This document shows positions 7,915-15,371 of a stretch of DNA of 29,026 nt, one piece after another. A model generated the notes under the pieces. It had not been told where the DNA came from. It did no database searches and worked only from the letters and a program-made list of their open reading frames with translations. Every line of letters starts with the position of its first letter. Position 1 is the first letter of the stretch. Made by a program: the position numbers and the translations under genes. Source of the stretch: a virus (Duplodnaviria; Caudoviricetes); IMG/VR virus record IMGVR_UViG_3300043414_001064, positions 1 through 29,026 of that record. One strand, written 5' to 3'.

Positions 7915-10869
7915 TTAGAGTTCTAGGCCCGCTCCATTTCCGTAAAGTGCGGCGATTTCGGGTTCCGTGAGGCCGCGGTTCCAGAAACCAACAGCATCCA
8001 TCTGCCCAGCAAAATTATGATACGGATAGGCAGGGAAAATATTGACTGAAGTGATGTCGGAGGTGTTCGTGGCGAGCCCTGTTGCCGTGTCAAGCGCGCC
8101 GTCAACATAGAGCGTAACTACCCGGTTAGAAATAATGACACAGATGTGAACCCACTCATTTAACGGAATAACCGCGTTACTCAAATGTTGTGCTCCTGAA
8201 GTAAAATTGTTGATCTCAATCTTTCCGCTGGGAAGACGCGCAATGTTCAAACCAGAAAACTTGCTGATGGCTATGCAAGTCTGATTAAAAGTGTCCGTCA
8301 TTTTTACCCAGTATGAAATGGTGACATCTCCAGATGTTAGGGGCAATGAGACGGGAGCGGTCAAATAGGTCGTTCCATCGCCACTGGCCGCACCGAAAGT
8401 GTTCCCTACGCTGAGCGTCACACCGTTGTTGTTCGTGAGCGTTTGTCCGTTCCCACTGGCGTCAGTCAAATCCAACTCGCCGCTGCCGTCATCGTTGAGG
8501 TTGTAGAACGCCAGCAATCCAGCCTCGGGAAACGAAGGGATAGCGATCGCGCTGCTCGCGGCAGAATAAACCACCGCGCTCGGGCCGATGGCATTCGTGG
8601 CACTGACGCCGCAGCGAACAAACTTTGTCTCGTCGGCTTCGATGGCGAGATAGATCGCGGTCGTGGCGTCCGCGATATCAGCCCATCCCGTTGTGCCATC
8701 GTCGGAGATTTGCCACTGATAGCCGTAAGTGCTCGGACTGCCTGTCCATGTGCCATTTGTCGCGACAACCTGCCACGTGCCCGAGATCGTTGGGGCAGTA
8801 AGGTTCAGGGGCTTAGTGACGCTCGACAAAATCCGCCATCCAACCGTGTTGTCGATGAAAACCATCGAGAAAAAAGTGCCTGCGGCATTGTTCGTGAAAT
8901 TCGCCGTGCTTCCTTCGATCGGCTTATGGCTTGCTCCGACTACGGCGGGCAACGGTCCCGACGACCTTTTGACAATCAAAGGATTCGCACCCCAAGTCCC
9001 TCTGGCGTCTGCAAAACTAATTACACTGCCTACCGTGGGGCTCGTAGGCAGGGTAGCTTCCACGGAATCAAACGCGGCCTCCGATCCCCCAGACAGGGTT
9101 CCATTGCCGCCCACTACAAAATCAGTGCCGACTGCTCCAGACGCAATGGTCACTAAGGTAGGAGCATTGACATTCATGGCGTCTACCACATCTTGTAATG
9201 TTGTGACTCCGTCGCTATAGGCGATGCCAACATAGTTAGTTCCTTCGTCTTCAGTATAAAACGAGCCGTCTTCAAATACATTGATATACGTCGCCTGTGA
9301 AACGGTTGTTCCAGTAAATCGCAACCCATTGATCTCAAGAAAGGGCATCACTGCGGGTATAGAACGACTACCAACGGCATATTTTTTCCCTCCTTCTGCC
9401 GTGAAATGTGAGGTTGTCAGTATGTAGGGAGTGTCGATAGTTTCGACTGCTTCGCCCCCTGTATACCATTGTGCAGAGGACGCAGTGGAGTTGGTGCATT
9501 CGTAGACTGTCCCATTGTCCAACACCCACTGCGAACCGACTACGAATCCTTTCGTTTCGTCGTCATTCGCTGTCGGAGCATTGCTAAAACAATGCTCAAC
9601 GCGACGGATCGTGGAACCGTTTTGCTCCAGCACGTAAAGTCTTCCGGCCTCCCATTTGAGTTCATACTGTGCGCTGCATTCAAGCGCGATGCCTTTGGAA
9701 CCGCCGTCTCCTGCGTCAGTTGTTCCTTTGCGTAGCTTCGCCCCGTTGTCGAGCGTCAGCGCGGTGCTAGAAAGGTGCGTAGTTGCGCTACTACCGGAGT
9801 TAGAAGTGGCAACGCTGAAACCGCCCGCGTAATTGGGTAGATAGTTTGATCCGTTGTAACCGCCGCCTTCGTTACCAGTCGGAGCAGAGGCACTAACAGG
9901 AACCCAGCCCGTTGTCGGGAAATTGTAGGGGTCACTGCTAGGATTTGTAAAATAGGTGTAAGGCCAATCGCAACCAACAACGAGCCTCCAGTAGTTTACG
10001 GTAGGATCAGTCTGCTGGTCGTCGTTTGGGTCGCCCCACCCGCTGCGATTGCCCGGAGCTAGAAAATAGGCAACACCATTCCATGCGGGGTTCGGTTCCC
10101 CCATTGAAAGCGGGGACGATAGGTAATAGTTGTAGGTTCCGGTGACCGGAGTGTGCATTCCATACGTTCCGTCACCCCAAGCAGAAGGACGAACAGCAAC
10201 TGCGGTCTTCACATAGGTGCCATTGAGGTCGCTCCATTGCGTTCCGCTTGGGTTGCCCCATCCCATAATTCCGGCGATGTATCCGTCCGATACCCCGCCA
10301 CTAAACTGCATAGTGAAACCATCAGGAATCGCGCCTACAATATAGTCATATGATCTGCTAACGCCCTCAACCGTAATGGTGGTAGAAATTTGATTACTTG
10401 GGTTATCATCATTCCACCCGTCGATAAGCTGCCACAATTCGGAGGTTCCGTTACCCACGAGCACAATGGAGTTGCCTTGTGTGGTTGGTGACACTGAAAC
10501 GATAGTCAACTCGTCACTTGAAAAAGGGAAATTTCCAAACCAAAAAGCCTCACTAGCTTCAGAATTGCTAATCCCGCTTACCACAACGGAAGCCGTGCCG
10601 CCGCTGTAGGCTCGGAACCCATCCGGCTGCATAGTCGCACCACTTGCGTGGTTGTCTGCCAACTGCATTCCTAAACCCCAGCCGCCGAACTCGGTTTCAG
10701 AGTTGCCGTCTGCGCCGGTAATGACCGCAGATTGGTTAAGGGCAAAACCTAGTTCTGGCGAGTTTGATGACCCAGAACCCGACGGACCAGCAGGACCCTG
10801 TGGTCCCTGTGGACCAGCGACCTCGATGACCACAGGAACTTGGGTAGTGACGACGATTGTATCGGCCAT
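7915..10869 (-). CDS. Mosaic tail fibre / receptor-binding protein with collagen-like start, Ig-like domain and C-terminal LamG (concanavalin-like) domain
   Basis: GPQGPQGPAGPSG; Ig-like NLTAPTISG...GTWTGSPSTYGYQWQ; LamG-like TISYWVK...NEWVHI...LYVDG...FAGQMDAVGFWNRGLT. Start placed at ATG 10869 (TGATG overlap with the upstream gene). Confidence 0.85.
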   Translation of the reverse strand: MADTIVVTTQVPVVIEVAGPQGPQGPAGPSGSGSSNSPELGFALNQSAVITGADGNSETEFGGWGLGMQLADNHASGATMQPDGFRAYSGGTASVVVSGISNSEASEAFWFGNFPFSSDELTIVSVSPTTQGNSIVLVGNGTSELWQLIDGWNDDNPSNQISTTITVEGVSRSYDYIVGAIPDGFTMQFSGGVSDGYIAGIMGWGNPSGTQWSDLNGTYVKTAVAVRPSAWGDGTYGMHTPVTGTYNYYLSSPLSMGEPNPAWNGVAYFLAPGNRSGWGDPNDDQQTDPTVNYWRLVVGCDWPYTYFTNPSSDPYNFPTTGWVPVSASAPTGNEGGGYNGSNYLPNYAGGFSVATSNSGSSATTHLSSTALTLDNGAKLRKGTTDAGDGGSKGIALECSAQYELKWEAGRLYVLEQNGSTIRRVEHCFSNAPTANDDETKGFVVGSQWVLDNGTVYECTNSTASSAQWYTGGEAVETIDTPYILTTSHFTAEGGKKYAVGSRSIPAVMPFLEINGLRFTGTTVSQATYINVFEDGSFYTEDEGTNYVGIAYSDGVTTLQDVVDAMNVNAPTLVTIASGAVGTDFVVGGNGTLSGGSEAAFDSVEATLPTSPTVGSVISFADARGTWGANPLIVKRSSGPLPAVVGASHKPIEGSTANFTNNAAGTFFSMVFIDNTVGWRILSSVTKPLNLTAPTISGTWQVVATNGTWTGSPSTYGYQWQISDDGTTGWADIADATTAIYLAIEADETKFVRCGVSATNAIGPSAVVYSAASSAIAIPSFPEAGLLAFYNLNDDGSGELDLTDASGNGQTLTNNNGVTLSVGNTFGAASGDGTTYLTAPVSLPLTSGDVTISYWVKMTDTFNQTCIAISKFSGLNIARLPSGKIEINNFTSGAQHLSNAVIPLNEWVHICVIISNRVVTLYVDGALDTATGLATNTSDITSVNIFPAYPYHNFAGQMDAVGFWNRGLTEPEIAALYGNGAGLEL

Positions 10870-11219
10870 CAGCGGGTGACCTCCGGAGTTACGGTTAAGG
10901 TTCCCTCGCAAATGCGAGTAACGATTCCACCGCCGCTGACCGCTTCGAGATCATAGACGTACCGGCCCGCGGGTATCGCCGCCGTCTGAGCAGCAGTGGC
11001 CGAAAGGGTCATGGTGCCGGTGGAGGTCGTAATCGCAATACCACCGTTTGAGTCGGTGAGAGAAAGTAGTGTGGTGGCGGACGAGGCACTGCTTCGCACC
11101 TGGGCCCGCGCAGAATAGCCCGTCAGATCGACCGCGACCGCGGGAGTGCCCGTCTTCCAGGCGATGGGCTGCGACCACGTCGAGCCCTGATCTAGCACCA
11201 GATTTACGGTAGCGGCCAT
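10869..11219 (-). CDS. Small virion beta-sandwich protein (BppU N-terminal-like fibre adaptor)
   Basis: DQGSTW...VDLTGYSARAQVR...YVYDLE...RICEGTLTVTPEVTR, a pattern common upstream of phage fibre genes. Confidence 0.7.
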   Translation of the reverse strand: MAATVNLVLDQGSTWSQPIAWKTGTPAVAVDLTGYSARAQVRSSASSATTLLSLTDSNGGIAITTSTGTMTLSATAAQTAAIPAGRYVYDLEAVSGGGIVTRICEGTLTVTPEVTR

Positions 11220-11231
11220 GATTTAGGTGGG

Positions 11232-11260
11232 CCCTAGTGCAGGGTCGAACTGCACTAGGG
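11232..11260 (-). other. Intergenic 11-bp hairpin with a T-loop-like UUCGACC loop
   Basis: Minus strand reads CCCUAGUGCAG-UUCGACC-CUGCACUAGGG, followed by C-CCA. Confidence 0.75.
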
Positions 11261-11268
11261 TCCGGGTG

Positions 11269-11715
11269 TTACTTTTTGAACTTCTTCGACTTCTTTTCGA
11301 TCATGTCGAGGAACCCGAGGTCTTTATCCTCTTCGTCGCTGGGCTCGCTATCGGGAGCGGGCTCTTCTTCGGCAGCGGGTTCCTCGGAATCGGCGGGCTG
11401 CTCTTCAGCCTCATCCATTTCCTCGGCCTCGTCGCCGACCGGGGCTCCATCTAGTTCGCTCAAAACGAGCTTGCCGTCTTTCACCGCCAGCGTTGCCATA
11501 GCGTCAAACGACTCTCCGTCCTTAACGCCGTCCGGAACCTTGAATCCGGCGGGCATGGAGAAACTGATCTTGCCAGTGCTCTTGCTGCTCGCTTCGTCTT
11601 CAATAAGCGGTTCCTTATCGGAATTCTCGGCACCCTTGCTGAGATACTTTTCCATTGGATTCATGTGCTTGGGTCCTTTCTTTGGTCCCATACCGATGAT
11701 CAACATTGTGGCCAT
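11269..11715 (-). CDS. Acidic hypothetical protein downstream of the major capsid gene
   Basis: 148 aa with a long D/E/P/A-rich tract and a basic C-terminus. Confidence 0.75.
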   Translation of the reverse strand: MATMLIIGMGPKKGPKHMNPMEKYLSKGAENSDKEPLIEDEASSKSTGKISFSMPAGFKVPDGVKDGESFDAMATLAVKDGKLVLSELDGAPVGDEAEEMDEAEEQPADSEEPAAEEEPAPDSEPSDEEDKDLGFLDMIEKKSKKFKK

Positions 11716-11735
11716 GAGTATAAGTCCTGGTTAAA

Positions 11736-11789
11736 TCCCCCTCGGAGAGGGAGGAGCCTTATTCAGGCCCCACCCCCTCGTTGGAGGGA
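11736..11789 (-). terminator. GC-rich stem-loop after the major capsid gene (terminator or stabiliser)
   Basis: Minus strand: GGGGCCU-GAAUA-AGGCUCC core extended by CCCUC/GAGGG pairing. Only a short AUUUAA tail follows. Confidence 0.55.
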
Positions 11790-11793
11790 CGGA

Positions 11794-13224
11794 TTAGCTG
11801 GTGTAGACGTTATTCTCGACCGGCAGACCGCTGCTCACGGCACTCAGGTTGAGGTAGGTCGAGCTACGGATGGCGCGAATGACTGAGCCCCACTCCGGAC
11901 GGATCGGCTTCGATCCCGCGCTCAAAATTGCGCGGAAGTAACCGATTGTCCCATCTGGGTTGGTCGTTTCATTCGGGATGTTCTTCCACTTGAAGTCGCC
12001 CATGTAGTTGACCGCGTCGAACGTGACGTTGGAGCCAGCAGCCGTGATCGGCTTGGGAACCAAGCAGGTGAACACGTCTTGGTGGAACACGATGGTGTCT
12101 TCGTACTTCGCGCTCTCGTAAGCCGAGTTGATGTCGAACTTGTTGCCCTGCGTAGTCGCAACTGCCTTGTAGGGCATGCGGCGCACGTAGATCTTGGTTC
12201 CGGTTGTGCCAGTGGTGGCCGCGGACAGCGTAACGCCAGTGGTGCTGGTGAGGGCCGTCACGTAGGTTCCGTGCGCGATGCCGGGACCGGACAACTGATC
12301 GCCAACCGCCAGAGCGTTGGTGGTCGTGAACGTGCCCGAGAGGGTCGTAGCAGCAGCCGAGGCGCTGGTGATGGTGATGTCGTCGTGGCGGGGGAGCCAA
12401 TCGTCCACCATGTGGAAGAAGCCGCCGTAGCTGCGGCTGATGCCGAGCGGGGCGAGCAACTCATTTTTGGAGTCGCTCCAACGGTAATCCTGACGGATTG
12501 CGTCATTGTTCGCGATGATGTTGCGGCTGGCCTCCGAGGAGATGATCGCACCGAAGACGGGGCGAGCGTTCTCACGATCGAGGGGGTTGTTGCCGCCGCC
12601 GTCGCGGATGAGCTTCATGTAGACGCGATCCAACACGCCCTGAGTCAGGGGGAGGTTCGGGTTGGTTCCGCTGAAGGTGGGTGTTTCTCCAGTAACCGTG
12701 GTCAACGTGGTTGTGGTGGCGTTGATCTTGTTCTGGGCCAGGCGGACGTACTCGTCGCGATAGCGATCCTGCCACGCATAGGAGGTGTTCTCCTGGAGGA
12801 TGGCGAAGATATTGCTCAACTGCTCTTTGCGCTTGAGGGAGAAACGGAGGTCATTGACCGAGAGCTTCGGGCTCTCAAGGGCGGTGTGCGTGAGGTTGTA
12901 GCTACGCAGAGTCTGCGCGAACTCGATGCGCTGGGCCGACGGGATGGCGTTAGCCGTGCTGTTCGCGGAGATCGCCGAGGTGCCGTTGCTGTACGAGCCG
13001 TCGGTGGCGACAACGCCGTCCACGGAGATTTTGCTCCAGTTCAGGGTGTTGCTCGGAAGCGAACGCTCGTAGGTGAGCACGCGGACAGTGTCGCCCATTT
13101 CGTCCGGCCACACGTCTTTTTTGACGAGTTTGAGCCAGGGCGAGGTGTTGAGAGTTTTGCGGTAGATGTCGGGTCCGATACGATTTGCTTCGTTAATCAG
13201 AACCTGTTCGATGTCGTAAGCCAT
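11794..13224 (-). CDS. Major capsid protein with an inserted Thr-rich domain
   Basis: 476 aa downstream of portal and scaffold. Strong codon bias (long antisense ORF), long leader and downstream hairpin fit a highly expressed gene. Confidence 0.8.
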   Translation of the reverse strand: MAYDIEQVLINEANRIGPDIYRKTLNTSPWLKLVKKDVWPDEMGDTVRVLTYERSLPSNTLNWSKISVDGVVATDGSYSNGTSAISANSTANAIPSAQRIEFAQTLRSYNLTHTALESPKLSVNDLRFSLKRKEQLSNIFAILQENTSYAWQDRYRDEYVRLAQNKINATTTTLTTVTGETPTFSGTNPNLPLTQGVLDRVYMKLIRDGGGNNPLDRENARPVFGAIISSEASRNIIANNDAIRQDYRWSDSKNELLAPLGISRSYGGFFHMVDDWLPRHDDITITSASAAATTLSGTFTTTNALAVGDQLSGPGIAHGTYVTALTSTTGVTLSAATTGTTGTKIYVRRMPYKAVATTQGNKFDINSAYESAKYEDTIVFHQDVFTCLVPKPITAAGSNVTFDAVNYMGDFKWKNIPNETTNPDGTIGYFRAILSAGSKPIRPEWGSVIRAIRSSTYLNLSAVSSGLPVENNVYTS

Positions 13225-13440
13225 AGTGTTGTGATCCTTCTAATTAATTTGGGTTGTGGTTGAATACACCCGCCGCCAGAAATCTCCGGCGAATAAACGA
13301 GTCATTCAATTTGGGTTTTCCCATCCCGAGCCGGGGACAGCAGTCGTGAGACTGGTTTTAGCTCTAAAAAAACTAATCTGTGGAGTGATCACGGCTCACA
13401 CCGCCGTTTGCTAAGTAGATGTGACTAGCAGCACGATGAC
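13225..13440 (-). ncRNA. Candidate structured 5' leader of the capsid gene
   Basis: About six consecutive hairpins, e.g. CAGUC-UCAC-GACUG (13354-13341), UGGG-AAAA-CCCA (13323-13312) and a long UUGAAU...AUUCAA stem (13309-13260). Confidence 0.45.
13258..13270. promoter_or_regulatory. 13-bp operator-like motif GGTTGAATACACC
   Basis: In the capsid leader. One mismatch from the copy at 22949. Confidence 0.65.
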
Positions 13441-13441
13441 A

Positions 13442-13470
13442 GGGTTAATATACCGCCCACTTGTTGTCAA
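13442..13470 (-). promoter_or_regulatory. Candidate capsid promoter (TTGACA at 13470-13465) overlapped by operator motif GGGTTAATATACC (13442-13454)
   Basis: Perfect -35 hexamer. The motif covers the expected -10 region, which itself matches consensus weakly. Confidence 0.6.
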
Positions 13471-13536
13471 GGAGTTTTTACTGATCCGGCAAAAAAACTG
13501 ACCTCAGTGAAGAAGGGACTCGGTAACAACTTGTAG

Positions 13537-13821
13537 TCACAATCTGTGACCGGTCCGTTCAAAAGCGTATTCGCCTCCACCCAATTGGCACGCAGCTTTA
13601 CCCTCCCACAATATGCAGACCCAGTTGTAGCGGACCATATAAGCCAGCAAATCCTCGTCCCACTCAACCACACCTCGTGCAAGGGGCACATCCAGCACGG
13701 GCAGGGGTTTTGTTTGGTCCACTACCCAGACGCCACAAGGTTCTTGCTCGCGTTCATACCTCTGTAGGTAAACCAGCACTTCGTCGCCCACCGACAGTGG
13801 CGTGCCGTGGAGGTCTTTCAT
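13537..13821 (-). CDS. Hypothetical protein (94 aa)
   Basis: MKDLHGTPLSVGDEVLV..., an SH3/YopX-like start. Sits between scaffold and capsid genes. Confidence 0.55.
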   Translation of the reverse strand: MKDLHGTPLSVGDEVLVYLQRYEREQEPCGVWVVDQTKPLPVLDVPLARGVVEWDEDLLAYMVRYNWVCILWEGKAACQLGGGEYAFERTGHRL

Positions 13822-13862
13822 TCAAGTAGAGTTCGCCATTCGAGAATGGCAAATGTAAACGG

Positions 13863-15059
13863 CTAACCTAGTTGCTGATCGAGAGCCTCAAGGAAGCCAA
13901 TATCGTCGGGCAAAGAGCGGCTAGTTTCGGCAGACCCTGACCCGGCTTTCGGGGACCCGTTGCGGTATCCCACAATCTTCTTGTTGGCATCTTCCAGCTC
14001 TGACTGCGCGGCCTTCAAGGCTTTCAACAAATGGGGGAGAAGAGCCCCCGAGTGGGCCATATATGCCTTCAGTTCAGGGTCAGCACCGGAATAATCGCCC
14101 TTGGCCAACCGCTGAACGTCTGCTGCGACTTCGTCGTCCTCCAAAACGGGCACGGACTCCTTTAGGCTATCGAAGACTTTCTCAACGGCCTGTTCATACT
14201 CCGCCCTCTGGGCAGAAACTTGTTGCTCGGATTGGGCCGTGTGCTGGGCGAGTTCGGCCTGGTGCTGGGCCTCCAACTGGGCTTTCCACTCCCGACTATT
14301 AGCCTGGTAGTAGTCGCGGCGGCTGATGATTTCGGCGTAGTCGTCGGCGGACGAATAAAAACGTAGGCGGTCCCGTTCGTTCATGGAGGCGGCGAGATCC
14401 GCGATCAGATCGCTCTGCTTGGCCGGGTCCGACTCCGCAAACGCACCCAGCATGTCCCTTGAACTCAGCTCGTATTTCGAGGCCAAAGACTCAAGGTACT
14501 CCACCACATTGACCATCGGGGCGTGGACGTTCTCCTGGAAAGCGCGCGTGGACTCGACTCGGGACAGAGCCAGTTCTTGCTCATACTGAGCGTTGATCTG
14601 GCGGAGTTGCTCCAACTCAGCCGAGTTAACCGGCGTTGACTTGAGCGTTTCCAGCTCGGACTTCAGGGTCTCGATGGTCTTCACGTACTCCTTGGCTTTG
14701 GCGGCTTCAGCCCGCAGCTCGCCCCATTTCACCGCCGCTTTTTCTGTCAGCCCTTTGGGGGTCTCTTCTTTGGCGTCCTTCGGCTTTTCAGACTTCTCGA
14801 CATCTTTGGTTTTTTCAGACTTTTCGGGTTTCTTCTTGTCCGTCTCACCAACAGGTTTTTCAATAGATTTTTCCGCGGCTTTGGCGGCTTTCTTGGCTTC
14901 TTTCTCCTCAGTCCGACCGTAGCGAGTAGCGTCGGTCTCTTTGTTGATCGCGTCGATCTGGGACTCCATGCGACTGGCCCAGTCGTCGGAGCCACTGGTT
15001 ACAGGAGGGACTACCTCCAGGTTTGCTTGTGCCGAGGTTTCAATTGGTGTGGTTTCCAT
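13863..15059 (-). CDS. Capsid scaffolding protein
   Basis: 398 aa with a K/E-rich N-terminus and extended coiled coils, between portal and capsid genes. Confidence 0.75.
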   Translation of the reverse strand: METTPIETSAQANLEVVPPVTSGSDDWASRMESQIDAINKETDATRYGRTEEKEAKKAAKAAEKSIEKPVGETDKKKPEKSEKTKDVEKSEKPKDAKEETPKGLTEKAAVKWGELRAEAAKAKEYVKTIETLKSELETLKSTPVNSAELEQLRQINAQYEQELALSRVESTRAFQENVHAPMVNVVEYLESLASKYELSSRDMLGAFAESDPAKQSDLIADLAASMNERDRLRFYSSADDYAEIISRRDYYQANSREWKAQLEAQHQAELAQHTAQSEQQVSAQRAEYEQAVEKVFDSLKESVPVLEDDEVAADVQRLAKGDYSGADPELKAYMAHSGALLPHLLKALKAAQSELEDANKKIVGYRNGSPKAGSGSAETSRSLPDDIGFLEALDQQLG

Positions 15060-15077
15060 GTTGGTGTTGGTTTGGGT

Positions 15078-15365
15078 TTATTCTTGTTCCGGGGCGTATT
15101 TCCACGGGGACAAATCTTTGTCGGTGCTCGGCAGGCGGGGTGCCGCGAGCAACTTAAAATTCTGGAGGGCCTCGAAGTAGCCCTCGCGTTTGGAGTTAAG
15201 TAGAGCGTGGTTCTCCATCAGGTTGGCGGCGTCCGGACGGAGTCTGGAACGCGGAATGCCCGCATCCTCTAAAACGCGCAACGCAAGTTGCATAACGTCG
15301 CTACGTAAGATCGTGGCGAGACTTTCAATGAGGTCCGGTCGAGCGGACCATTCTTTCTGGGTCAT
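15078..15365 (-). CDS. Small conserved-position protein after the portal
   Basis: 95 aa containing 'HALLNSKREGY'. Occupies the portal-scaffold slot typical of podoviruses. Confidence 0.65.
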   Translation of the reverse strand: MTQKEWSARPDLIESLATILRSDVMQLALRVLEDAGIPRSRLRPDAANLMENHALLNSKREGYFEALQNFKLLAAPRLPSTDKDLSPWKYAPEQE

Positions 15366-15371
15366 TAGTTG

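Noticed and set aside
12079-13263. 394-aa plus-strand ORF opposite the capsid gene (likewise 15705-16547, 18243-19424, 8443-9156, 4440-5057, 27213-27845)
   Set aside because: Antisense shadows of codon-biased real genes, with no recognisable motifs and no fit to operon direction.
13835-13850. Inverted repeat GCCATTC-GA-GAATGGC after the scaffold gene
   Set aside because: Short, with a 2-nt loop and no U-tract. It cannot be assigned as terminator or operator from sequence alone.
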